NCBI GenBank assembly: GCA_002633005.1
Contig: NMRA01000532.1
Location: forward strand, 114,032-178,031
Reading direction: 5' to 3'
Length of the DNA stretch: 64,000 nt
From: Phoronis australis
Lineage: Eukaryota > Animalia > Phoronida
Position numbers and translations under genes: made by a program
Part shown: positions 51,579 to 64,000 of the stretch, one piece after another
Position numbering within the stretch: position 1 is the first letter of the stretch
Layout: every line of letters begins with the position of its first letter
The notes under the pieces: model-generated
The model's input: the letters and a program-made list of their open reading frames with translations, nothing else
What the model was told of the DNA's origin: nothing
The model's database searches: none

Positions 51579-52480
51579 AGTCCTTGTTGCAAACTGCCCA
51601 TGTGGTTCCAGTATCCGAAAATACTTACTACATAAATTCTTATTTTCGACACTCTTTCTTTATATTCTTTTCGCCTTTCTTGCCAAAAGCGATTTTGTAA
51701 CAGTTTTTGACCTTTCTCTCTGAGCGTATGATTACCGGTTGTCATTGGTTATTTCCGTACCCACATTTCCGGCTCATCAGTTCAGGAACTTGTCCTGAAC
51801 GCCGCCATTTTTTCCTTGTAACTGAATGTGCTATGGTTTGCTCGAAAAGTCTTCATTATTTTGTTTTATTAGTAATATATCGTGATTCGTTTGCATATGT
51901 AGTGTATTTATAGTTTGTAGTTAGTGGTCGTTGATTTTTTNNNNNNNNNNNNNNNNNNNNNNNNNNNNNNNNNNNNNNNNNNNNNNNNNNNNNNNNNNNN
52001 NNNNNNNNNNNNNNNNNNNNNNNNNNNNNNNNNNNNNNNNNNNNNNNNNNNNNNNNNNNNNNNNNNNNNNNNNNNNNNNNNNNNNNNNNNNNNNNNNNNN
52101 NNNNNNNNNNNNNNNNNNNNNNNNNNNNNNNNNNNNNNNNNNNNNNNNNNNNNNNNNNNNNNNNNNNNNNNNNNNNNNNNNNNNNNNNNNNNNNNNNNNN
52201 NNNNNNNNNNNNNNNNNNNNNNNNNNNNNNNNNNNNNNNNNNNNNNNNNNNNNNNNNNNNNNNNNNNNNNNNNNNNNNNNNNNNNNNNNNNNNNNNNNNN
52301 NNNNNNNNNNNNNNNNNNNNNNNNNNNNNNNNNNNNNNNNNNNNNNNNNNNNNNNNNNNNNNNNNNNNNNNNNNNNNNNNNNNNNNNNNNNNNNNNNNNN
52401 NNNNNNNNNNGGTACTTCTTGGATCCTTATAACATCTTCTAACCATGTAATAAGGGTTAACAACGCGTGAGACAAGGACT
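51579..52480. mobile_element. Non-autonomous TTAA-targeting element (Kolobok-type termini) spanning a gap
   Basis: TTAA|agtccttgt ... acaaggact|TTAA; empty site ggtgttaagta at ~34306-34316. Confidence 0.8.
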
Positions 52481-54816
52481 TTAAGTATCTAAATGGGTTA
52501 TTAAACAGTTATATTGGCCATTCGAAGCTGATATTGTGGTATAAAAACTGGTATCTCTATTGCTATCAGTGCCTTTGAAGATATTGAATGCGTCATTTAT
52601 TTGCAAACTCTGAATTGGTTGAGTTTACTTCAAATATACGGCAAATGTATCGGCCCTTTCAGGCCTTTCAATTTGAGACGCTTCTGACTAATTTGAGTAT
52701 CGATTTTTCTTCAGTGCCTAGGCAGACTTGCACAAATATTTGCATATCAATTTCACAATCTGTGGCGGAAGGAAAGTGTTCTTGAATTTTCAATTTTATG
52801 TTAAGACCGCAGGGGCGTCGGGCAATATCACATGTATCACATTATCACCCGCTGGAATTAACACCATAATTAGATGTTAAAGAGCAGTGTGAATTAATGT
52901 GATTAAATATGACTTTCCACCTTGCGTTTCAGGAACAACTCAATTTACGGAATCAGGGAATAAATTAGCAATTTGACTGTATTTTTAGGAGCAAAACAGT
53001 ATTTTTCATGGGCGGCGCAGCACTAAAAAAGTGGCAGGGGCTAAAGCCCTTCAGCCCCCCCTGTGGTGCACCGCCTAAAAACCATGTGCGGCGTTGCACT
53101 GAAAAAAGTGGGAGCTACAGCCCCCCCAGCCCCCTATGGTGCACCGGCAATGTTTTTTAATCGAACCCACTACATCTGAAGTCACAAAATAGCGCCCTAC
53201 ACTTGTTAAATGACCAAGAATTTTCTGCATATTTAAACGGTAGCAATACTTGCTAGCATTTCAGTGAATGTCTGGCCGACCACAGCGAGAAATGGCGAGT
53301 TGTAATGGAATCACAAAAACGCAATGACTGTTGTTTAACATCTCTACCAGCAATCTATGACACTTAAAATAATTAAGAAAATACACTTTCCAGGAAAAAT
53401 ATGATGTCACTTTATTGGTGAAAGGAGCATTATATTCTAAAAACGTTGTTTTATTGAATTCAGTCTCACCGTGGGATCAAACGCCGCTGAGATAACTCAC
53501 TCTCATTAAACATCAAAGTACTTTAACCATACACAACACAGACATCATTGATTTCATCGAATGTCTGTCAGACAACAACATTGGATTTTGTTGTTTCACA
53601 GCTCTAGTCAAATCTAATTATCTCGAGAAATGTATGCCACCCGACAATAATCGTAAAATGCATATTTTCCGCACAGCTGATAGTCTCCCGTTGCGAGATA
53701 AGCAAAAAGTTGTTTTGAATTCGTCGCGCTACGGAATCGAATCCGGTAGCTCCGCAGTCGCTGATCAATATCCAATGCTGAACAAAGTAATTTACTATTA
53801 TTTTAAAGGCAATAGTAACAGCGAGAAATGGCGATCTATAGTAAAACCACAAAAACCCAATGGATGTTGTTTGCTAATAACAGTGATTTATATATGCCGC
53901 CCAACAATAATTGTAGAAAAGTTTTTTCGGTGGCAAAACAAACATTGTGTCTTTAAGTGTTAAAGAGTAGTTGCGGCCATAGCCTAATGCTGTACGGCTG
54001 AGTTAATACAGATTCATTAAATGACGAAGGATTCTAGGCCAACGATACCGGCATTGATTTCGCCGAATGTCCGGCAGACAACAACGCGAAAATGTATTTT
54101 GTAATTTAGTAACAAAACGCAACGGATTTTGTTGCGTCATAAGTTTGGCCTCGGCAAAGAGCTTTAAAGAATTCTCTCTCATCCAACAGTAATACAAAAG
54201 AGCGTTTTTTGGTGGTAAAACCGCTGTCAGTTCACACGACATCAAAGCCGCCGAAACTTCGCTAAGTTGGAAATCGATTTCATTGTCTGATTTTTCAAGT
54301 ACTTGAGAGTGATGCCCGTATCCACTGTCTTCTCTGTCTGCATGGTAATTGCCCACTTTTCGCTCAAAATGATCCTAGTCTTCCGATCTGATGTGCTCCG
54401 CCTTTGCAACTGATTGCCAAGTGACCAAACGCCTTTAAACATGACATCATATGGCGGAAAACTTGGAAAAATAACTTTTCTTCAAAATTGATAAATTTGC
54501 AACCATTGCCATCAACGTACATGTACTTATTGAGCTTAATGAAACCTCAAAAACTAAGGGAAAATTCATGGTGGGAACTCTTTTAGGTAATCGACATCGA
54601 TTATCCAAGAGGTACGTCACTCAATATGCCTTGTTTAAACAATTTTAACGATCTTAGTATCATGTATTAAAGAAAGTTCTTAACGAGTAAAACTTAATGA
54701 GCAACGACGACTCATGGATTAAGGTCCATCATTACGAACGGACAAAGCACACACTTACACCTGCACTACAGTAGTTGCACCGAGAGGTGACTCTTTTTAG
54801 GAGTTACGAAAAGATA

Positions 54817-57135
54817 ATGAAGAATAAGGAAGACATTTTGTCCGAGTTCTGCTGCACAACCTCCTGCCATGGGGCGTCTCAACTATTGAATGACAAATAT
54901 GGCAAAATATTACGGATTGGAATGGTAAGTTTCACGTTTTTGTGTAATCTGACTTTTACCTTTAGCGATTATCTTTATCGGTTAATTATTGAGTAGATGA
55001 GGGACATTATTAATCACCCAATTGACTTATTAGATGCAAAAATTATATATCACAACTTATAGAACTTTCTGTAAAAATTTCCTCGACTTTTCTGAGCAGC
55101 CTGGCTCCTACTAATCTAAACTCTGCAGTGTATGAGCACCTTAATGAAGATGGACACTCGTTCAAGACAGCATACATGTACATGTACATGGTGGTGCTGG
55201 AGAAAAAGAGATCTTGATTAGCTTGGTATCAGATTAGTGCGTGAAAACCAGGAACCCCGCTTTGAATAGATCTGGAAGTTTTCTATTTAAATTATATGAG
55301 TCTCGGGGTCTAAAGGTGTTGTCTTTGAACATTAGGATACATCGACGTAGTATTCACAGGAATCAATCTATCAGTTTATTACAAACAGCCAGGCACCACC
55401 GCCACGAGGGGAAAACTAAACCACACTAACATTCAGCAATTGAGATTTTCCATTTTTGCACTAAATTAGTTGGAAATAAACCGTACTGTTAAAAATCGTT
55501 CGGCCAAGAACATTATTATGTCATTGAATCTCTGACAATCCATCCCCAAGATGCCATGTGTTCCCTCATAATCAACTCGACGATATCGTAGTGGTGCCAA
55601 CTGCTGACGATAAACTCGTCACGTATGCCAATGCCCTCGATAAATCCTTAGGTGTACCATGGCAAACGGGATGGATCATCTCCAATAACAATGCTACAGT
55701 TTGAAGATCGGCATGAGCTAATTAGAGATGAGTAAAACTTGATTCCACCTTACAGGTAATGTTACTTCTCGCCAGTCTCACGACAGCAGCAGTCAATGTG
55801 GTGTTGTCTATCACAAGCTACTACACATACCCATTCCACCAAACGGTGGAGAAGACATACACAGCTAACAAGCCCTTCCCCAGTGTTTCAGTTTGTAATA
55901 CGGCTGCAGGCACGACGAGTCAGATCGAACAGCTTTACATGAATCTATTATCTGCAAGAAAATGTCTATCAGATGACTTCAGGAAATATCACGAAAAAAA
56001 TAAGAAATATGGAGGTTATCCAATCATGTTTGATAATGTTGACGAATTTGGCGACTACACGTGGAAAATGGAGGATATTATAATTGATTGTCAGTACGAC
56101 AGTAAAAAATGCAACGAAAGCAAAATTACAGGGTTTTTAAATCCTTATTACGGACGGTGTTTCACGTTGAACATGGACGACAATGCTTTGAAGAAAACTG
56201 GAGACGAAAACGGACTATCGTTGATTCTGTATTCTTACACGTTTGATGCAAGCCTGGAACAGCAGATGAACAAGTCAGTAGTTTACTCCTCTTTGATAGA
56301 TGCCAACTCCCATGGTCTAAGGCTAATCGTGCATAATGAAGGAGACTTCGTGAATCCGTCGGTGAATTCCCTCAAAATAGCGCCTGGTTTCTCCACCTCG
56401 GTTTCGGTACATCCCGTGAAAACAAGGCGACTTGGTCCTCCATTTAAGTCTAACTGTACGGAAATAATCTACATGTATTCTGAAACCTATGGGAATTCGA
56501 AAGCAAATTGTCTTCGTGCTTGTGAACAGTCGCAAGTGGTCGATAGATGTCACTGCAAAGATTCAGATTTGCCCACACACCACTATCCTCTAGTGCCTTT
56601 TTGTGGAAACGCGACAGCTATCGACAGTTGCACTCAAGAAAAGTGGTGGAACCAAGTAGATTGCATGTTGAAAGCAAAGAACGAATTCCTGCTAAATTAT
56701 TATCAGTACTGTGACTGTCAGGAAGCTTGCGAAGAGTACAGTTTTAAGTTGAGTCAGTCTGCGTTTATTTGGCCTAATAACTATGCACCCGGTGCCTTTT
56801 TCAGGAAGTATTTGGAGAATAAGACTTCGTCTGTCGCCTACAAGGAGTTGTCTAAGTACAGTATGGAGTTTATGTTAAGCAACAAGTTAATCAACCAACA
56901 CTTTGCGCAAGTGAACGTTTTCTTCAATAACGACGAAGTTGAACTGATTACCGAGACAGCCAAGTATCCCAATTGGACATGGAGCTTGCTGTCAGAAATT
57001 GGAGGTCATTTAGGGTTTTGGTGCGGTGTTTCTATTCTGACGCTGACCGATGCCATATTTTTCGGGTTGAACGTCATTCTCAATTGGCAAAGATCTCGCA
57101 GGGTCACTAACATTGTCAAGAATATCGGAAAATGA
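54817..57135 (+). CDS. DEG/ENaC-family channel subunit, paralogue type B'; exons 54817-54924 and 55756-57135, ~495 aa
   Basis: Exon 1 MKNKEDILSEFCCTTSCHG...RIGM|gtaag, acceptor cttacag|GTA. All family motifs and TM2 GVS present; ORF intact. Confidence 0.95.
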
Positions 57136-57999
57136 CGCAAACCAGCATCATTAGGTGTCGTATGTTCATACTATTTTTCTTCATTATTCGAACAAAATTT
57201 ACATGTACTTTGGAAATCGGGAAAAAGTAAGTATATAAAACCAGTGTAGCAAGGTATGGAGTTCGCTATTTCATATTACGCCATTTACAAGCATTTAGGT
57301 ATGAAGATAATGCCTGTTGTTCTTAGATAGGGTAGGTGAAAGACCAACTATAAAACGGATATACAGAAATCAAACGTTTTTAAGAATACCTTTAATATAT
57401 CAAGGGTGATATTAAGAAAAATAATGACAGGCTTAAGTCTTGTTATGATTGGATGTGTCCAACATCATTCTTAAAAACAAATTGTGGCCATCTAACAAGG
57501 CCAGAGCAATGTGAGAGTGACCTAGGCCTATATAGAGGCTCAGACATCGATGGCAATAACCACAACTATTAGCTATACGTTTTGAGCCAACTGTTTGTTA
57601 GAACCAGGCTTAAGCCAATTAATATGAAGTGACTTACCTATTTCAATCTCATTTTTGTTTTAGCTTCAGTGGCAGATTTGGGGGGGGGGGGTAGGCTGGG
57701 AGCCATGTCCTCTAAATTTCTCCCAGATTCCATTTGGCAGTTCGGGGGTGCGAATGTCTGACGGGCAAAATGCTTGATAATACTCTGCCCTGGCATTCCT
57801 TACTCAAATCCTGGATCCGCCCCTGAGCCTGATCAACTAGGTTGAAGCAATACCTGAATATATGCATTCAACATAACATTGCAATGGCGGCTAGTTTGTA
57901 GCACGTGGTCCGATTATAAGAGCACAGCTGTGAATACCAATATGTTCTTCAGCCCGGGCAATAAGATGGCGATTAGTTTCACACGCAAATTTGTACATA

Positions 58000-59130
58000 G
58001 CCTGGACTTAAGACCAAAAAAGGTTTGATCCTTTGTATTGAACAAGCTAGATAATCAACAAATTGACCATTGTATTAGAAACGTTATTTTGATGAAATTT
58101 CCAGATTTCCTGACTTTTAACCAAAACAGTCAAGCTAAGCCATTTCTTGACTGAATGAACACCTTATGTAAGAGCATTAAATTTACCATGGAGTATTGTA
58201 TTAGTTTTCTCGTTGTATTAATTCACAGTCAGAATGACATGCTATATACATCAGTGTAAATAAAACCCACTTTCTCAGGTCTGTGCCTCAAATTCGATAG
58301 TTTTGTTCCCAAAAGCACAAAACTGGTCTAGTCAATGGTCTGATTAATAGGGCCTTTAAGATATGTAGCTATTCCGAGCCCTACTTGTTTGATCGTGAAC
58401 TTGAAGTTTTAAATAATCTCTTGATTCAAAATGGATACTTTAAAACGTTTATATAATCTTGCACTGACTGGTTTTTACGCAACCAATCTAAGACACCCGC
58501 GGATGTTTGTCATGGGCCTGAACTGAAGAAACTACTTTTCAATCTTCCCTAACTGGGTAATGTTAAGAGAATGCTTGGAGCTGTTGCTCCATGTTTGCAA
58601 CTTGTAACAATCTTCAAACATGTAAACAGACTTTTGTCATTGTCTAGAGTAAAAACACCATTGAGTAATTCTCAAAGAAGTCATGTTGTGTACCAACTCA
58701 ACTGCAATGAATGTGAACAGTTTTACATTGGTATGACGAACAGGATTCTTAGCATCAGAGTCAAAGAACACTGTAGACACACACACAGTGCTGTTCTCTA
58801 CCATTCATTGACAACTGGTCACACTATAGATTGCTCTGGTGTTCAAATCTTAGACAAGGATAATGCCACCCTCAGGCTTCTCATAAAGGAGGTTATGCAT
58901 ATACATGTACGGTTGAACCATGCTGAGCACTATCTCAATAGAAATATTGGCTCATTTGAGCTCTAACTGTTTTAATTTCTGGTTTCTCCCCCGTGTACCT
59001 GTACAGTCTGTTCTACACCTGTGTCAAGTGTTTGAGTATGTGAACTGTTTCATTGAGAATGGTTTGAAGTACTGTAATATACAGAAACGTTTGATAAATA
59101 TGTCATTATTCACTTACGCGCTAATTTTAA
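58000..59130 (+). mobile_element. Decayed Penelope-like retroelement (RT C-terminus plus GIY-YIG endonuclease)
   Basis: IKFTME, KPTFSGL, GLINRAFKIC, and VVYQLNCNECEQFYIGMTNR...RVKEH...GH...LNRN; stops and frameshifts present. Confidence 0.9.
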
Positions 59131-60890
59131 AGCTCGTGCTCCACAATAGTGTTTCACAAATTTCTCAAATTTACCCTGAAAATTTTTGGCAAAGAAGGCA
59201 CCATCAGGTACCCTAAAATATTTGCAGTTTGTCTAAAGATTACCCTCAGATTTTCGTAATTCTCTCTCAGTAGTGTAGTAATCAGTTCCAACGGGTAACC
59301 GTTTTTGCAAATTGACTGTAATGCTTTTCATAAACCTAATCAATCAATGTTTGAACGAAACCGGTGCATGCACACTGATGGTAAAACTTTGATAGCAAAT
59401 TTACAGTCCTGTGTAAGTTCCTACCGAGCCCCTAATACATTTAACTATCGCCTCAAGAAAAAGCATCTGATTTCCAGTCTCAAAATACGTAGAGAATTTC
59501 AAATTCGGACGCTTGGATTTCAGTGTTAAGTCCTGGGCCCGTGGTGTATAAATTTGCATGTGCCATTGGTGGATCTGTCATTGGTGAAAAAACTCGCCAT
59601 CTTAAACTGACGCTAAGAACATTTTGATAGTGACAACTATTGTCAGTGACCACTTTCACCAATTCAGCCACTGCAATGCTGAACGCACCGCATTCAGTAT
59701 ATCCTTCAGTTTTGCTGACTCGTAGGACCATAAAACTTATTATGTTTTTCGGAAACTGTTTGGCAATAAGATTTGCGCTGCTACCAAATATAGCGGTGAT
59801 TTCACTGATCCATAATTTCGGGTAAGAAATAAGTGAGAAAAACACCATAGTCTCAGGCACGACTGCTTTATTTGACTACACCCACGGAAGCAGCCAATCA
59901 TACTTTAGTTACAGTGTTCCAACAAAATTTCACGGTGAATGAGAATGAGACTTAAGGAAGCGGACCTGGGATGTCTGCTCACGCCTAATGACGGTGTTGA
60001 AATACGAAATGGATGGAACAGGTTAGCCGGTGTTCAGATCAGATAGGGTTCACTTGAGACAAGCGGCTCAGCTTGTACCTATCAGTCTTCACTGGTCCTT
60101 AGGTCAGAATTAATCTAATTATGGTCCAATTAGTTTCACCCTGTAAACATGTCGATACCGAACCGGACCGGGGGTACAGGTTTTGTACTATTTTGTACCG
60201 TTTGTACCAGGTACCGGTTTCCCGACTCCGGTCCAGTACCAGTTTAATGTGGGTAATCCGGTACCGGCTATGTTATGGGTTGCCTCTAACTAGCCCATTC
60301 TTGCTCAGTGGGCAAACCTTACTGCTGAATTCTTATCATAGATAACATTCAAGAAACGTTTTAGGCAGTTTGTCGTTTTTATTGTTATAAATAACTCTGC
60401 GAAGTGCCTTTTAGTAAGTATGGAACAAAGGACCTATCTGAGCAAGACTAACGTGATGCATGTAGTCTCTTGCCCCCGTGACAAATGTATTCGTTCTGAC
60501 AAAACCCGTTATATTGGACATACAATGTGTACTGTCTATGCATCTCCAGAATGGAGCCATTTAACACCATTTTGAGTCTAAACACAGTACACTCACTCGC
60601 TTGATGCTTGAGGAAAGCACGCGAATTCTTTATATTTTACATGACAATAAGCGCCCACAAACGTTGGAGTCCCTTGTAATCAAATCCCATTCTCTGTAAT
60701 CAATCAGCAGGACACTAGGTTTTCCCTCGTTTTGCTCTTGTTCATTGAATGGTTATTGGTCGGACGTAGTTGTCTCTGTATGTGTGATCGAGGCCTTATC
60801 TATAAGTTATGGATGGAGATGTCTCGTGAGAGACAATGTACTGAACATTTGAGCTGTTCATTTCCTCGTTATTTGATTTGAATATGAGGA

Positions 60891-61046
60891 TTGTAATATT
60901 GACTTCTTGTACATTCCTCACTGCCATGACCCTAGGCCATCTTGTACTATTGACTTTTTGTGCTTTCCTCACTGCCATGACCCTAGGTCATCTTGTACTA
61001 TTGACTTCTTGTGCTTTCCTCACTGCCATGACCCTGGATCATCTTT
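60891..61046. repeat. 51-bp minisatellite, ~3 copies
   Basis: ttgtactattgacttcttgtgctttcctcactgccatgaccctaggtcatc repeated with period 51. Confidence 0.95.
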
Positions 61047-63399
61047 TACATATACATCAACTGACGCCTCATGACGCCAGATCAACTTGACGCCAATTAA
61101 AACCTTCGTCTATTAAGGCCATTAAAAACAAACGGAACGTCGTGTTCAAGAAAACGTGTCTCAATGAAAATTGGCTGCCGATATACTAAGAATTTAAGTA
61201 TAAATATCTGCAAACTTATATTTTCTCTGAACGTTGGTTGGTGCACACATCAAAAGTCCGATCATGCCCATCTAATTTGTAACTCAAAGGTGGTCCGGAG
61301 AATAATTTGCATTCTGAATAAGCGATAGCGAATATTCAGGTTGCTTTATCAAGCAAATGTGTAGTTATAACTATTTCTGTGCAAATAAGATAAACTCTTC
61401 TTCTGATACTTCGTCCTTGTTGCCAGAATTCACAGTGCAATTAGCATTATTTAATTTGTTCAGCTACACCATATCAATACTAGAACACTTGTAAAAACCA
61501 CCGAAGCTTTTAGGCTGGCAAGTATCCAAGGATCAGGTAAAACTGTTTATAGCAAAGCAAGAACGGCCGGCAAATTCTCACTGTTGTGCGGTGAAATACA
61601 CTATTACTTTACGAAAAAGGCAAACCTTTTGAAATATCTGTGGATGAACAAGGACATCATGTTCCATACATTTCCCTCTGGGAAGAAGAATCCGCGACAA
61701 AGCCAGTGGCTGGGGCTTAGAAAGCGGGAAAATGTCAACCCCAGCCGATGTTAAAAAGCCAAAGTAAATTAATTAACCTAAACTCGTCATGCAATGCGAG
61801 GCGCCCTCTTTGGAATTTATTCGTCCGCTAAGAACGATGCGACAAAGAACGAGTGCGATGTTTCAAATACGATTCTCTGCGAAGGGATGAATGACCGTTG
61901 CTTGTGGGTATGCGAGCGCGCGTGCGTGTGTGTGTCGTGTGTTTATGTGTTGATAACAATGAGATTGTACATGTCCTATTATATTTTGAAAATGCAATAA
62001 CCACACGTTGTATAAGCTGGCATCTCAATTGCTATCAATGCTCTTGAAGATAATTGAATGCGTCGTTTACATGTACGTGTAAACTGTGAGTTGGTTGACT
62101 TACTTCAAATATATGGGAAATGCATCGCCCTTTTCAGGCCTTTCAACTTGAGACGCTTAACTGCCTAGACAGACTTGCATAAATATTTGAATATCAATTT
62201 TACAGTCTGTGGCCGAAGGAAAGTGCCTTCGAGTTTTGAATTTGATGCGGTAGGGACCTCGGGCAATGTTGCATGTATCACACGCAATATTTTCATCTAC
62301 TGGACTTAACACTATAATATATAGATGTTAAACAGCACTGCGATTCAATATGACTAGCCATCTTGCATTTCATGAACAACTCAACTTACGGCATCAGAGA
62401 ACAAATTGACACTTTAACCGCGTTTTTATGAGCACAACAGGTTCTTAGAAACGCCACGCCGTGGAATCGAACCCGATACCTCTGCAGTCACAAAGTAACA
62501 CCCTACACTCGTTAAACGGTCAAGCATCTTCTGCATATGTAAACGATAGAAATACCTGCGACGATTTCAGCGAATGTCTGTCACAGCACACCCCTTCGAG
62601 AAATGGCAGATTGTAATGAAATCACAAAAACACAATGGGTTTGTTGTTTTTTTAGCTCTGGTCAAAGCTAATAAGCACCAGAAATCTATGGCACCTAAAA
62701 TAATTATGAAAATGCGTTTTCCTACACAAAATACCATTTTATTTGTTAAAGTACCATTATGTTCTATGCAACTCAACAGTGGTCGTAAAAATGCATTTTT
62801 CCACACAGCTGACAGTCTCCCATTACGAATTAAAGAGACAATAAGGAACAAGAAGTTATTTTTTTTAAATTCACCGCGCTGCGGAATCGAATCCGGAAGC
62901 TCCACGGTCGCTGCTCAACACTCCGATGCTGAACAAAGTATTTTGCGATTACTTTATAGGCAATAGCAACAGCGAGAAATGGCGATCTATAGAAAAATCA
63001 GACACCCAATGGATGCTGTTGCTGATTAATTCAGGAAACCTATCCTGCCCAAGAGTAACAGTAAAATTGTACGTTTCGGTGGTAAAAGCGATGATTTCCC
63101 TTGAAGAGTTAGAGACATTATTTGCAACAAAGTAGTTTATTCTGGAATAAACCTCACAACGGAATCAAACCTAGCACTATACCGCTGTGAGTTCTAAATC
63201 CCACTTATTTAATTTTCAATTTACTCCAATTGTAACGACACCGGCAATAACATCAGTGAATGTCTGGCAGAAATGTCAATTTGTAAAATTCACAAAAACA
63301 TAATTTATTTTCATTGATGCCTCAGAACTTTTGGCCAATGCTAGTGACTTACATATGCCGTCCAACAACAGACAATTTCCATAACTCTGTTGTTATGGG

Positions 63400-63850
63400 G
63401 ATAAAGCTATAATCAAGCGAGCGAATTAAGATTGTATAGGTCCAAGGGACAAGAGCACTACCTATCAAGTCCTTCCTTGGCGACTTGATAGTGACAACTG
63501 GCGTTGTAGTGGGCACAGCATGCGCATTGAACACAATCGAGGAACGAGTAAAAGTGGTCGAGAATGAAATTCAAGGGTATCAAGACCACAAGCTGAGGAG
63601 CATAGTGCATACAACTACTACACAAGTATCACAACATGTTTCTTAGACAAATTTGCGAAATTAAGTTGAAAACGTCAGCAATAGCACAGATACGGTCCAA
63701 TCTGTAATTAGCGGTCTAAAAGAAATAGACAGTGCTATGCTCCTGGGGAGATTCAATGTTTGGAGCTACCAGTTTGACCTGTTGCCCAAGTTCGCGAGGC
63801 AGTTAAGAGAATACCAGACCCAGTTTGGGCTTATGAACAGATACTAAACA
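63400..63850 (+). pseudogene. Possible decayed env/class I fusion protein-like coding remnant
   Basis: GPRDK[frameshift]ALPIKSFLGDLIVTTGVVVGTACALNT followed by heptad-like IEERVKVVENEIQGYQDHKL; disrupted by stops and frameshifts. Confidence 0.3.
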
Positions 63851-64000
63851 TGACTTTCCCATCCAGTTCTTTGAAACAAAACAAGCTCTATAACTCTCAA
63901 CAGCCCTCAAAAGTTTGGAGAGAATTTGAAATCTCCTAGCTGTCGAGGACTTATCAGTACTGTGAAGAACAAGGATTAATGAGACAAATTCAAAGATTAT

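Larger units (their letters stand above)
20190..56045 (+). repeat. ~18 kb tandem segmental duplication (unit 1 ~20190-38156, unit 2 ~38157-56045)
   Basis: Colinear non-coding and coding similarity: 20194/38159, 22236/40193, 26525/42558, 27625/43674, 30880/49074, 32550/49857, 34320/52490, 36954/54817. Several unit-specific insertions and deletions. Confidence 0.9.

Noticed and set aside
38157-56045. Unit 2 as merely an uncollapsed allelic haplotype
   Set aside because: The junction is gap-free, at microhomology between non-allelic positions, and the units differ by several independent insertions and deletions. Disfavoured, but not fully excluded without long reads.
60878-61090. Hydrophobic repeat ORF, or CRISPR-like array
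   Set aside because: Contiguous 51-bp minisatellite with no unique spacers; eukaryotic context and no cas genes.

Overview
Eukaryotic, AT-rich animal genomic DNA with four assembly gaps (7688-7848, 9462-10138, 31035-31214, 51941-52410). It is most likely from a marine invertebrate, but the taxon cannot be determined from the sequence. The core of the window is a tandem array of two-exon DEG/ENaC-family (ASIC/FaNaC-like) ion channel genes on the + strand. There are three intact genes (19535-22108, 23658-25977, 54817-57135), one broken copy (36954-38156), and an orphan intact second exon (38701-40071) fused behind the broken copy. The arrangement fits a ~18 kb tandem duplication (about 20190-38156 vs 38157-56045). 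Its junction joins exon 2 of one paralogue to the intron of another, giving a potentially functional chimeric channel, and a transposon-associated deletion then removed one paralogue from the second unit. Near the start is an exon encoding a signal peptide, an acidic propiece and a highly cationic single-disulfide peptide (candidate new antimicrobial peptide or toxin). The rest is decayed mobile DNA: THAP-bearing Kolobok-like elements, L1/Tx1 and RNase H-bearing LINE fragments, Penelope-like elements with hammerhead-like motifs, nested MITEs, satellites and a possible env-like fusion protein remnant. All comparisons were made by eye and no database searches were run.
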